Below, in pieces: positions 32,114 through 55,165 of a stretch of DNA of 64,000 bases. The stretch is taken from assembly GCF_009914755.1 (NCBI RefSeq), contig NC_060941.1, one strand, 5' to 3'. The stretch is from the human T2T-CHM13v2.0 reference genome, Homo sapiens. A model generated the notes under the pieces. It was given only the letters and a program-made list of their open reading frames with translations, was not told the origin of the DNA and made no database searches. Every line of letters begins with the position of its first letter. Within the stretch, counting starts at the first letter, position 1. The translations under genes and the position numbers were made by a program.

Positions 32114-35100
32114 TTACTCAGGTACAAGTGATATATCTGGATTAAAAATATCTCTAGAACATATCTCATTTTCATCAATAAGACTGCCAACAATAGTTAT
32201 AAAAACCACCTTCGGTAAATCCAGAAACATCAGAAACAATCCATTCGGCACACAGCACATTTGCACATACAATCATTTCAGACTTCAGATTCTCAAATAT
32301 CTTCATAGTTTAAGAGAATCATTTCATTAAATAAGTTTAAAAATAATATCTGATTTTTGGTGTGCTAATATTATATAAGAATGAACAAAAGAATGAAAGT
32401 GAGCTATTTTTGAGGAATGTGGGTGACGGTTATATTCAATCAACACAAATAATAAGTGATGAGGTAATTTCCTAACTTACTAATATGAGTGTAATATGAA
32501 TGGATATGATAAGGCATAACCATAAAAGAGAAAACCGTATATGAAAAATAATTCAAATCATCTGGTCTCCACTACCAAAATAAAATTATGCTTACTCTCT
32601 TGTCTAAATTTCTTATCAGTCAAGACAATGGAACAAAAACCTTGTTACAAAATATTTATTGCATTTCCAACTGGGAAAAGTAAATTTTAAAGAATAAAAT
32701 ATACATCCCTGCCAGAACTTTTCAGTGTTCCCATACTGCCAATTTTACCTTCCTTGGAAGAAAGATAAGCTCCATTTTTTTCCCATAGAGAAGTATTAAT
32801 TGTAAGATGTAATTCACCAGCCCACAGAGAAATAATACTTAACTGTGTTCTTCCTGTGAGCACTCCATTAACTGTATGCTTATAAATGGCATTTCCTCTG
32901 AATGTATATTGAAACTCACCTTATAAAATCCATAGCAGTGCAGCCTTTCTTGTTGCTAAGGGACTATGATACCACAGTATTTCATGATGCTAAAATAGGA
33001 ATATTATAGTTTAAATTTCATATGCCTCGCTATCATCAGACAATTTAAACAATGAAATGGGAAAATGTTCAACATCTAATTACATTAATTAATGTTGGAA
33101 TAATGCACGATCCTGCACTTTCCTATAAAGGACTAAGTTTAAAGTAGTATCTACATTAATAATATTTCCTTATCATCATTATGATTATTGTTGTTAGCTA
33201 ATACTTAGGGAGCTACTACATCATGCCAGGCACTATTCTAAGTGGTTTATATGAATTAACTCATTTAACCCACTAACCCCTAACCCCATGAGTTAGGTAT
33301 TATTTCCCCATTTTGCACAAAAATAAACTAAAGCACAGAGAAGTTAAGTATCTTTCTCAAAATCGTAGAATTTATAAAAAGGCGGAAGTTGAATCTGATA
33401 TCCAAGTGGTCTCATTGCACTGTTTACATTCTTAACGGCTGCACTCTATTACACTGAGAAAACATTTTTTAAAATCTTAACTACATTTAGTCACCTGAGA
33501 TTTGTTTTTTAAAGTGATGTTATTCACCGCACTTGAAGAACATACCTCGTCTTACCCATAGAATGAATATTTGCTGAAAGTACTACCATCCTCTGATGGA
33601 ATTGTTTACATTACTACTATAACTTTGAATCTGCTTGGTTTAGGGATGTGCAATAGGAGTTTACATTGGTTGGAAATCCGATCCTTATTTTACAAGACTA
33701 ATCTTTGGGTCATGTTTTTGTCTCCAATGTGTATTCAATCCTGATTAGGCTTAAAGGAGCAGATTAAAAACACACAAAGAGATAAGACTGGCTTACTTTA
33801 ACAACGCAAGTTTTAACATATAACATGGAAGCATAACGTGTCCAAATTTTTATGCTGGCATACTAAATGCCTTTTCAGTTTTGGCTTTGATACTTATGGT
33901 TTAATGTCAAGCATACAAAAATACTACATTTGGGAATAGTTCATCTTTAATAGCATATCATACTTTTTTTAATCAATAAGAGAAATGGGCCTTATGGATC
34001 GTATTTATCTATAGCATAGCAATACTTCATATATCTTCATTATTACATGAGGATAGTTATGCATGCACAGCCTTATCTTAAATTTCAGAACAAACATAAA
34101 CTTACCCCTGATTCAGCAATATTAAAGAGACTGGTTGGTCTATTCTACACTGTAAGTAGCTGAAAGAACATTATTTCATATTCCAGATGGCATTTAAAGA
34201 TAAACTTATCTCCATGCTTACAAAAATGTTTAAAAGCCTTTCATAAACCCTAAACTACCAGATTTAACATCTCAATTTCACTTGTAAAGATCTAATAGAA
34301 AGTAGATTGGATGTTAAGACTGGATCGTGTTTTTAAAAAACATTAGCTTAACATATTCAAAGGGAAAATGTAAGAATCTTTAGTCTAACATAGTATAGAA
34401 GAGTACAGAAAATAAGTAAAAAAAAGAAAAAAACAAAGAGTAACAGCTTACATTTGCGAATGCTTATGATGTAAGTTCATTATTTAATTTTATCCTCATA
34501 GACCTCTGTGAGGTATTACTGTCCTCACTGCCTGGATGAGGAAACTTAGGGAGCATAAGTTAAAGTTAGAAAGCAGTAGGCTGGGGTTTAAAATGTTCAA
34601 ATCCAAAACTCAGGCTCAGATCGCTTTGGTTTAATGCCTCCTTAAGAATCAAAACATTTTCAAAAGAAAACATAATTCCTTGTTTTCAAATAAAACTATG
34701 TAGAACTGGGAACACTATTAACAAATCTCCACATTCTAAAATTCTGTGGGTTATTTGAAGAAAATCCGCCCATGTTAATTAAATGTGAAATGATGCCTTT
34801 CAAAATTTTAACACCAGTTCGTCTTAAAACAGAACTTCGATTATCCTATAAAATATGAGAATGCAATCTTTCCCATGATAGAGGCTATAATAGAAAAAAC
34901 ACAGATCCTGAAGATTCCTATTCTAAGAGAAGGCTATTTTAAAGACACTTAAAAAATGCAAATATTTCCTCAGCATGTAGAAAGAACAAAGTAATTTTTC
35001 CCAGGCTTCCACATCTGTGGGAGTAGCATTGTTCCTTTGACAGTACATTCACAATGCTAATAGGTGTCACTGCTGTACATCTAGTTTCAAGACAAAAAGT

Positions 35101-36938
35101 TTCCGTATATTCTTCAGTTGAACAATCGACCAAACAATCCAAATTTTAAAATTCCAAGGACAACCTCCTTTATGCTGGACTGCCGTTTCAATAAAGTGAG
35201 CAAAACTACGAGTTTTCCTGGAGGCACTGAGAACCCCAGGTGTTGAATGATTTGTAGTGATTCGTAAGTGAGCATTTGCTACTTTTTGTAGAAATTAATG
35301 GTGCTGTACAACAGAGGTACTTATGGCAGAGGGAAGACAATAGAGCAAGAGGGAACCTCTCTTATGCACCCCCACTTGCCCAGTCTTATTTGGGCTGGAA
35401 TTACATTTGTGCATGGAAATCACTGTCCATTGAATAGACAGAGGAGTGGAAACTCAGAATGGAGGAGACATTGGATGAGGTAGCTCAGAAAAATAATAAC
35501 AACACGACCTTCCACTTCAAACTCGTGGGTATACATTGAAAACAGGAAGAATTTGTGTAATAATATGACTATCAATCTATGTAACGTTGTAGTTCTCAGA
35601 AAAACTTCTTAGAGTCTTCCACACTGCAATAAGCCAAAAAATTCTTCACAACCACATATTCATTTTTTGATAAATGAGTACATTACCACAAGAAAGAATG
35701 TCCAATTCCAGAAAAAAATATTGAAATTGGTCAAAGCTACAAAGTACTAAAGGGAACATTATTAGAACCATATGATCTGACCATATGTTTCTGCAAACAT
35801 TTGTAACCAAAGCATGAATGGTCCACCTTTGAGTGGGTAGCGGCAGGGAAAATCCCAAGTTATAGTTTTAAGTGTCTTTTATACTTAAGTGTTGAAATGA
35901 ACAGATATTATCATAGAACTTGTTACCCACAGGTTTTAAACAGTCAAAAAAGAGAGTTTAAATGAATCCACTGATTTCAAAGATGGGGAAATAACAGATG
36001 TGGGTGATTTGAAGTCAGTATTCTGGAATATAAGTAATATGCTTCTCCTTGGCCATATCACTTTTAGGAATGAGTGGAGTTTGTTATAGGATTATTTTTG
36101 GATGAGTGCAGGGCTTGGGATAAATCATAATGTATAGCTTAGTCCCTTCTATTCAACATTAGAAACAGGTATTAGCATGACAAAAATGAACATGATGAAC
36201 AGACTTGAAAGTGGTTCAGAAACTCTAAAAGGGCATGAGGCAACCGGAGACATTTATACAAAGGAAAAAGGACTTGGGGTTATGGGCCATTTGTTTGTAT
36301 GTAAGCACCCATCTCACTGTTTTTTAGGAACAGCTGGTGGAACCCAGTTTCTTTTATCCTGTAAGTTGCCTGCATGCGTTGCTGCTCATCCTATACAAAG
36401 CTGAGCCTGCCAAAGCATCAATCTGGACTTGTACGCCATGGAAATGTTTTTTGGAGAGTCATTATCGGAAACAGATGAAGCAATGCCTCCTGTATCTAAT
36501 GTGATGTCTGTTATTTGTACATTTCTTTGTTTTGTACAAGTTAAGTTTGAGGTTTTTTTCCTTTGCAGTTCTTTAGAGGAACATATTTTTTAAAGTGATT
36601 TATAAGTTACTTTTCATTTCCAAACTCATTTAAAAATAAAAAGGTACCTTATTTACATTTGAAGACTTTAGAAAGTGACAAGGAGGCAATGTAGCCATTC
36701 AATACATTTACCTTCATTCTTCACTGAAGTCTGATACACCATTAATGTGGTTTTTAAATGGTTAAGGGCAACATTAAATGGCATTGCCAGTGATAACATA
36801 AAATAACATTTCTTCTTAGGATCTGTACTCTGACTCACTTAAGCAATGGCAAAAAGATTTTGTGCAATTTAACATTCAGGAAGATTTTTTGGATTTTTAT
36901 CAGCCCTGTAGTCTTGGAAAAAGCTTTTATAAATATTT
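32114..36938 (-). pseudogene. Distal cluster of fossil exon-like segments: 36839-36938, 34106-34159, 33546-33749, 32749-32989, 32114/32118-32364
   Basis: Strong acceptors (ttcctccttattttactcttag, tgttctttcag, tcctattttag) and donors (gtgagt, gtaagt, gtatg, gtaaaa). The last four chain 0>0, 0>0, 0>1, 1>. 32749-32989 has 1 stop in 80 codons. Confidence 0.55.
33190..33440. mobile_element. MIR
   Basis: ccccattttgcacaaaaataaactaaagcacagagaagttaagta MIR core. Confidence 0.75.
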
Positions 36939-36981
36939 CTAAGAGTAAAATAAGGAGGAACATACTTTAAAAAGGCATATC

Positions 36982-39842
<2,861 letters not shown>

Positions 39843-40093
39843 AAAAAGGCATATCACACCAACAATTATATTAATTTCCTTTAAAAATGCTGCCAATTGC
39901 ATAAATTTGTTAATGTGTGTTTGTGGATGTATGTTAGCCAATCAGAAGGCAACTCTATGAAGAATTATTGCACATAGTGGTAACAATAAAACAAGTAAAG
40001 ATATTATCATTAAATTCTATTACCACCACCAAGTACTGCTTCTCATTGTGATTGCATGTAACCATAGAATTTATAAAGAATGTGACTGAGTGG

Positions 40094-41531
40094 CTTTTTT
40101 TTTGAGAGAGTCTTGCTCTGTTGCCCAGGGTGGAGTGCAGTGGCACAATCTTGGCTCACTGCAACCTCTGCTTCCTGGTTCCAAGCAATTCTCATGCCTC
40201 AGCCTCCCGAGTAGCTGAGATTACAGGTGTGTGCCACCACACCCAGCTAATTTTTGAATTTTTAGTAGAGATGGGGTTTCATCATGTTGGCTAGGCTGGT
40301 CTCGAACTCCTGACTTCAAGTGATCCACCCACCTCAGCCTCCCAAAGTGCAGGGATTACAGGTGTGAGCCACCGCCCCCAGCCTGAGTGGCTTTTTATTT
40401 AGTACTTTAATTTGTTTAACATTTTAGTTATCTACAATTGTACTTTTCCCTAAGAATACCTTGAGAAAGTTGAGTTAATAAGAACTAAGCCACGTTGAAA
40501 ACAATGTGGTGTTCTGCAATCAATATGTTGGTCTCAGTTCTAAATCTCTCTGGGCCTTAGTTACTTTATGTTTAAGGAAAGTAGATGACTTGTAAAGTAT
40601 TCTAAAATATTAAAACAGTAATAAAAATATAACAAATTGAAGCAGTGCCAAAACAAAAGCAGCCAGTTTCAAGATAGCATGGTTGGCCGGGCGCGGTGGC
40701 TCATGCCTGTAATCCCAGCACTTTGGGAGGCCGAGGCGGGCAAATCACCTGAGGTCAGGAGTTTGAGACCAGCCTTGCCAACAATAGTGAAACCCCATCT
40801 CTACTAAAAATACAAAAATTAGCCGGGTGTGGTAGTGTGCACCTGTAGTCCCAGCTACTTAGGAGGCTGCAACAGAAGAATCGCTTGAACCTGGGAGGTG
40901 GAGGTTGCAGTGAGCCAAGATTGAAGATTGCACCACTGCACTCCAGCCTAGGCAACAGGGCAAGACTCGACCCCCAGGATGTAACTTCAACACAGAATTT
41001 TCAACACCATATTAAAGTTGTCTATTTTTGCTTGTTTTCTGTACCAGAATTGTAAGTCTGTACAAGGTAAGACTGTGTTTGTCACTCTTGCATCTGGCAC
41101 ATGCCTTAAAATAGTAAGTGCCCAATTTATAGCACTATTCAGTTCCACAAATAAACTAAATCATACTTTTTTTTTTTTTTTGAGATGAAGGTAGGTGAGG
41201 TACACTTAATCCAAGCTTACTATGTCAGGAAGACATGGCAAGCTTCCAGAGAAATAGTGTCTCAATTGAATTTCTCAGGATGTTGTAGTAGTTTGCTAGG
41301 TAAAGAGGAAGGGAACTCTGCATAGGTGGAAGAGCATTCACCAAGGTGATGGATATGAAACAGCATGGTCCGTTTTTATATTTTAGAGACAGGGTCCTGC
41401 TCTGCCATCCAGGCTGGAGAGCAGTGGCATGATCATCGCTCACAGCAACCTCAAACCCCTGTCCTCAAGGGATTCTCCCACCTCAGCCTCTCGAGTAACC
41501 AAGGCTACAGGTTTGCACCACCACACCCAAC

Positions 41532-41566
<35 letters not shown>

Positions 41567-41684
41567 ACAGATAAGGGTCTCACTATATTGTCCAGCTGGT
41601 CTGGAACTACTGGCTACAAGTGATCCTCCTGCCTCAGGCTCTCAAAGCACTGGGATTACAGATGTGAGCCACTGTGCTTGGCCA
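40094..41684. mobile_element. Three Alus: 40094-40383 (-), 40685-40970 (+), 41380-41684 (-, AluJ with (TG)n in its linker)
   Basis: Alu consensus matches. Confidence 0.92.
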
Positions 41685-42791
41685 ACATGGTCTGTTTTTA
41701 AAATAATTCTTAGGAATAAAGTTCACAAAGGGTGGCTAGGAGATGAGGCTGGAGATGTTGGGTAGGACCAGATTACAAAAAGCCTGGTATATCTTCCTAT
41801 GGAGTTTTGACTTCATTTTGAAGACTGCAGGAGGCCAATAGGCTGGGAGACAATGGAGGGAATAGGTATAGAAGGAGTAATAAAATGAATGCTGGAAGGA
41901 CGCAGGATGGTGGTCAGAGAGAGGTATATTAGTGCTCATGGTTACGTGAGTGAGGAAGTTTTAAGGTATACTCAATGTGGGTGGATGAAATGGAGGTAAA
42001 ATCACAGGAGTTGAAGTTAGGAAACTGAGAATTGGTAATTAGGTAGTTGGTAAGGTGTTAAGAATCTGGAATTGGAAGTTATGACACCAGGGTACTAGTC
42101 CTGACTCTAATGTCACTAATTATCTATGTTACTTAAAACAAACCTGTTAAGTTCTTCTTATTTTTAGAAGATTCCTTCTTCCCATAAAAAAATTACTAAG
42201 CACCTACTCTGTGTCCAGAAGTATATCATGCTCTAGGACTGTGTCTGCCCTCAAAGAGCTCATACTCCTTAATGTGAGTTAATGTATCTTCATTTAGTAT
42301 TATTAAAATGTTATAAGATGATTCTGAAAAGTAAGATAATGAGGCTTGCTTTCAGATTCCAAGACTATGCCTTTCATAAAGAGATTCTGGAGAACAAAGG
42401 TAGATGAAAATCAATATGCAAGTACAAACATATATCAACAACACACTGTGGCATTATGGACTAGTGTGAAGAGTAGTATGACCTTGATTGTAGTCTCATT
42501 ATGTCTCATTTTCCTCCTTTGTAAAATAAGGATAATACCACCTGTGCTGTTGACTTTGGCAGGCTGTGTTGAGAATCAAGTGAGCTAATGGTTGTGAAAG
42601 CTCTATGATATATTTCATGCTATGCACTAAAGCACCACAGAAGATGTATTTGCTATGCTCTTGTTCTGTTCCCATTAGGTTAGTTAACACAGTAATTCAG
42701 AGCAGAGAGGCTCTGCTCTGAATTCCCAACTGGAGATGGGAACATCAGGGAAAACAGCATATCCTGGTACTCCCTCAAGAATATATTTCAA

Positions 42792-43499
<708 letters not shown>

Positions 43500-44512
43500 T
43501 TACAGATCCTCTACCACAACTATTATTTGTACCTACCAGAATATGTATACCCAACAAAGCTCTGTTGGGTGCCTTTCTTTTATTACAGCTCCCATCATAC
43601 TGTACCATATTGCACAAGCGTTTACTTGTATGCAAATTAGGCTATGAATTCCTGATGAATACGATCCCTTTCTTATTCAACTTTGGTATCCCTAGAACAT
43701 AGCACAGTTCTTGATGCAAAGCAGACTCTCAAAGTATGTCAGATGAATGAATGGATTAATGAATACCAGCTAATATGGAAAGCTGTTCTTATCCTTAGGA
43801 GTCACAGTGTGCAGGAGAGACAGACTTGTACACAATTAATTGCAATATCATACAGTACATATTACCTTGGGACATAGGCAGGAAACATTAATTTTGTCTA
43901 GGGTGATAATGGGACTAAAAGGCTTTTACAAATAGGCTGACATTTAGGCTAACTAGCTGATGTGAAGTCAAATTCATATTTTAGAATACAATTGTGTTAC
44001 AATAATTATCTTCATGAGAATCTCAAACAAAATTGCAAGAGTCCAACATTCTTTTTGTAGGTAAATTTGGCAAAGGAACACCCTGTAGAATAAAAGGAAG
44101 AGAAAAGACAATCTCTGGCCCACAATTGAAGGAGTAAAGGTTTAGTAAACAGGAATGGAGAAAGGATGGAGGATTTAATGTGGTTCAGGTAATAAGAATA
44201 AAAAGTTTGGAATAGAGAAAGGTTGCTAGAGTCTAGAAATTGGTCAAATGAAATAGGCATATGTGAGGGCTGAGAAGTAAACACATTAATAAAATGCTGA
44301 ATTCAATTCATTTGGTCAGCAAATATAGTGTTGGGAGTACAAAAACAAATGCAGACAAAATAAAAAAAAAATCCCTGCCCTTATAGATCTTACATAGAAT
44401 TTTTCTAATTGGAATCCATGGATTTCAATGTTCCCTTGATATTTTCTTGTTTGCAATACGTACAACTTTTAAGGTATAAAATATGATATGTAAAAATAGA
44501 AAGTAGTCATAA

Positions 44513-44843
<331 letters not shown>

Positions 44844-45440
44844 TAGATTTTTAAAAATAAAAAGCTTAAAGTGTTTTTCAGCACATGGACCAAATTCTAA
44901 CAGGTTTATTAGCCCTTTGAAGGTGCAATTTCTGGATACCAAGATATCAATTATACTGTTGTTTCAGGTTCCTAACAATTAATAATTGAACAGTGCTTCA
45001 GAATTTATAAAGCACTTTTACATATTGAATGTTACCCCATTTAATCCTCAGTAACAACGTTTTTATTTATTTATTTTTGCACACTTTTTTTTGGGTAGAA
45101 AACAAAGCTGAGGCTAAATGAGGTAAAGTAAAATGACCAAGTTTTGCAGGGCAAAACTCAAACTCATTCCCTTGACCAGCTAGTCCAAAAGAGCTTCCAT
45201 ATACTCTTCTGCACTTGATTCTCATGTTTGATCTACTTCTTATTATCCCCATTTTAAGATGAAAAAACAGAAGTTCAGAGAGATTAAATAACTTGCCCAA
45301 AGTAAGTTGGCAGGTGGAGCTGGAACATATTTCCATGTCTAATGGTAACAAAATTCATGTATATTGCCAATCAACTTTAAAGACAAATATAGAAATATTA
45401 ATATATCAACTTACTTTATTGTAATTTTTATTTTTAAAAT

Positions 45441-45573
45441 GTTTTAAAGAGATGGGATCTCGCTACATTGCCCAGATAGTGCACTGCACCCTCGATCTCC
45501 TGAACTCAGGCAATCCTCATGCCTCAGCCTCCTAAGTAGCTGGGACTACAGGTGTGTGCCACTGTGCCCAGCT
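45441..45573 (-). mobile_element. FLAM-type Alu monomer
   Basis: Single arm. Confidence 0.8.
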
Positions 45574-45862
45574 TTACTTTATTGTAATGTATATTAGGTG
45601 AGCTTATAATCTAAATAATTCCTTAGTTTAAGGTTATGCCTATCTCCAACAATGATACTAAAAAATGGTACAAAATAAGCTTTTATAGTTCCTACTTGCT
45701 CCTGCTTTAGGTAATAATTCAACTCCATAAGCAATACCATAAAGTGCTGACTAGCAAGGCAGGTCCGTGGGTGCTTTCACAACAGATAAAAAAGATTAAC
45801 ATTTTGAAAGGATAGTTAACTTTAAATATGAATACCATAACATCAGTTAGACAAACAGGGAA

Positions 45863-50808
<4,946 letters not shown>

Positions 50809-51957
50809 AGAAAAACAGGGAAAATATACGAAGACAATACTGCATCTAAAATAATAACAAACAGTACTAAATACTTTTAAAACTTTTCAACTATATGTGA
50901 ATCATATATAAAAGATAATGGCACCTAGTTTACAGAAATGGTATGCCTCTTGTACAATTTTGTGTTTTATAATAGCAAGGAGCCAAATCAAACTTTAATA
51001 TTGAATTCTATAAATATTAATGTAAAATATTTTCATGTGAAATGATGAAATTTTGGGGAAAGCGTTAAGATAATCAAAATAATATAAATTCCCGAATAAA
51101 GGAAGACTGAGCCAAGAAAATACAAAGTTATTATAAAATGTACTAAAATATCTATCTAATTATGCCTTGTTACACATTCCTTTTAATCAGTATTTACCAT
51201 TGGGTTTTCAAAGGTTAATTTCTGGGAACAGTAAATTTCATATAGCTTTTGTTTTCTTTCCAATACATTGACGCTTGTTTATTACAGAGTGGAATTTGGT
51301 GTAAGATGGGTTGTTTTGGACCTGGTCCAAGAGGGTTTAGTTACTGAAAGCACCTCATTATAAGGTAGTCTTACCAATAAGGTGATCTGCTGGCTCAGAT
51401 CCCATGTATATTATAACAAGGCTCCATTGTGGAGTACAGGAAGCCAGGCAGCTAATGGTTCTATCAAATGAAACTTAAGAAACAAAATTCTTTTTTTTTT
51501 TTTTGAGACATGAAAATTGTTTAAGGCTAGAGGATCATAAGCCTTGGTCACTTTTCCAAATTTCTATTTCCTGATGTTCTTTATTGTATTTTTCATAGCT
51601 CTGCAGTTATTTTACGTTAAGGTTTTAGCTTTCTTACATTCATTGCTTGATCTGGTCTTAAAATTTTTTTTGATTATCATCAATACTATCTATTTACAAA
51701 AGATTAACTGCATTTACCTATGGAAATAGATAATAAACCACCAAGAATTCATAAAGGTTAAATTCTTGTGTAACTCATTGAGAAATCAGCGTTTAAAAGA
51801 GCATATGCGAGAATAATTGTGTGGTAATCAAATACAAAAGAATGCCATCACTTAGAGATGACCATGATAACCAGCCTTTCAAGTGATTTGACAACAGGTG
51901 CTTTGATTTCATGAAATTTTGTAAGCAGCCCTAAAGAATTAAATATTTTAAATGCGT

Positions 51958-51963
51958 TTTAAT
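51958..51963 (-). terminator. Candidate distal BRIP1 poly(A) signal ATTAAA
   Basis: tttaat on the + strand, at the distance expected for the long UTR. Confidence 0.5.
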
Positions 51964-52865
51964 ATAGGAAAGTAATACAAAAAAGTCCAGTTGCAGAAAA
52001 ATAACGGGGAAAAGCTTTTTGTTAAAATTAATGTTTTGAATAGAAAGATCTTAACAACAAAGCCTTATAGAAACTTAGAAACAGTGCCAAATTTAAACCC
52101 ATGTAATAACTAAGTGCATAGAAACATAGTAATAGTTTTATAACACAATTCTAGACAGTTTTAAATAATTTAATCAAGTCATGAAACATCTACTCTTTAC
52201 ATTGTACCTTTATTCCAAGAATAAAGCCCTGTCTCTAACTGGTAGTTTTCCTGGTTTGCAGCCTGTGTGCTCTATATACTTTCAGTCCTTGAATAAATTC
52301 AGTATTAGATAATTATTTCATATGCATTGAATGTGTCACATAAATTATTTGATAAACAATCTCTACCTTATACATCTCAAAAGCTTAAAAAATAAGCCAG
52401 CCAAATAATTTTTCTTTCCTCAAATCTTTATTGTCAGTCTATCACCTATATATCTATAGTTAGGGAAGCTTTCATATAGAGCAAGGGTGCACTCCAGATA
52501 TATGATTCATCTACTAATTAATAATGAATAACTTGCAATGTGCCAGGTGCTCTTTTAAAAGCATTTAGATGTTTTAACTTATTTAACTCTGTAAACATTT
52601 CTTTTAAAAGTAAGTTATCAGTAATGAAAATGGCCTACATCCTACTCTATAAAGGCCAGTAGTTTACTTCTTGGAATATCATCTTGGTCAGTCATGATCT
52701 GAGGAGAATATACACCTGTTTCAACAGTGATTATCATTGTATAAAATTTTTGAAACACCTTTTGGAATTACTAAAGGGTTGTGACACATCTCTATGTACA
52801 TTCTCAGTAATGAAAATTTTTAACTTCAGGGAGAATTAAATTTTGGAAAGAATAAAAAATATCTA

Positions 52866-53179
<314 letters not shown>

Positions 53180-53234
53180 CTAGGGAAAGGGGAAAGTATT
53201 GGAGATGAAGTTGGGTAATAACACTAAGATATGA

Positions 53235-53585
<351 letters not shown>

Positions 53586-53680
53586 CCTAAAGGTAATTTT
53601 AAAAGTCCTCAAAATGTTTTAATTGTAGCATTGCGAAAATAAATATCTAGCTTTCCAAGTTATTATGCACATATACCATC

Positions 53681-54034
53681 TGTGTCAGTCTGTTCTCATG
53701 CTGCTAATAAAGTCATACCCAAGACTGGGTAATTTATAAAGGAAAGAGGTTTAATTGACTCACAGTTCTGCATGACTGAGGAGGCCTCAAGAAACTTACA
53801 ATCATGGCGGAAGGCAACTTTTCACAGGGCAGCAGGAGAGAAGAATGAGAGTGAAGCAGGGAAAAGCTCCTTATAAAATCATCAGGTCTCATAAGAACTC
53901 AGTATCACGAGAACCGCATGAGGGTAACCGCCCCCACGATTCAATTACCTCCCACTGGGTCCTTCCCACAACACGTCGGGATTATGGGAACTACAATTCA
54001 AGATGAGATCTGGGTGGGTAGCCAAACCACGTCA
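53681..54034 (-). mobile_element. THE1 (ERVL-MaLR) solo LTR in BRIP1 3'UTR, sense to BRIP1
   Basis: Reverse complement of THE1 consensus (…gccaaaccacgtca); TSD ccatc 53676-53680 / 54035-54039. Confidence 0.92.
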
Positions 54035-54368
54035 CCATCGTTCCCTAAATGTAAATGAGTAAGAGCCACTTTACTTTTTAAATGAAATAATATGCTTTAT
54101 TTTAACCGTTCTGGAACAAAAGCAAATGAAAATCGACTCAGAATATCAACAGACATTCCTTTATAGATTCTCAAAGCACAAAGAAATTTGTATGATTTTA
54201 TAGTACTAACCGCTGCATTTTACAGATGAAACTAATTCCCTGAAGGGTGTGGTGATTGCCAATATGACTTAGCAAATCAGTGGCAGAGCCAGGTGTAGAG
54301 CCCAAGTCTCTTGTCTTCTACCAGGTATTTATTCGTTTCACTACCCTACTATCCCTATCTGTGGTTTA

Positions 54369-55165
54369 AGAATAATACCAGAGGAGATAAATTGTTTCAC
54401 CCTTTCAAAACAATGTAAAAATTACCTTCTAATCGAGTATTTGGTATTTACTGCTCAATGATCAACTAGAAAAAATATATAATACTAGATGGGATCTAAT
54501 ATATTCTAAATTCTTTAACTGGTAACTTGTCAATTTAAATGTCTTTGAACTACGCTTAGAGTTGTAACATCAAATGCTATAGAAACAGGCTGTAAAAATC
54601 TAAATGTCTCAAAATGGAAGCAAAGACATACCTATATAATGATTCATTTATCCAAATGAAATGTAAAGTAAATCCTTACTGGAAATTTTGACTTGAAAAT
54701 AATAGACCATACAGAATTCTTGGATAGCTCATAAAATTTCAATTCAAATTACTCACAAAAAGTCCCAATGCCCAGTGAATAACAGATGTTTCTTAAAAAG
54801 AGATCAATGAATGTATTTTTGGAATGATGTCAGAGATGAGCCTCTTTTATAATCATTTTTGATTAGACATATAGCTTCATTCACAAAAACACAAACAAGG
54901 TCAAAATTCACAGAAAGGATTACTGTGCCCTAAGGAAACATATTTTAGCTGCAGCAATAAATGTGGGTTTGCTTATCAAATTTATATATGAAGTTTTCTA
55001 TCTTAATCATTGTATAACTAAAGCTTATGCTAGAACAATACCAGAGGGGATAAATTGTTTCACCCTTTCTAAACAATGTAGAAATTACCTTCTAGTCTAG
55101 TGTTTGGTACTTATTACTCACTGATCCACTAGGAAAAATATATAATACTAAGCAGGATCTAGTAT
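54369..55165 (+). repeat. ~134-bp direct duplication (54369-54502 and 55032-55165)
   Basis: aataccagagg.gataaattgtttcaccctttc...ggatcta shared, roughly 80% identity by eye. Confidence 0.92.

Noticed and set aside
33546-33749. Resemblance of D*IHIGD and TFSKYS to short motifs I recall in the OB-fold protein RADX
   Set aside because: Only 5-6 residue matches from memory with inconsistent spacing; cannot support a family call without a search.
54070-54175. Additional fossil exon between 54426 and 52823
   Set aside because: Acceptor and donor are ambiguous and no clear phase-compatible frame.
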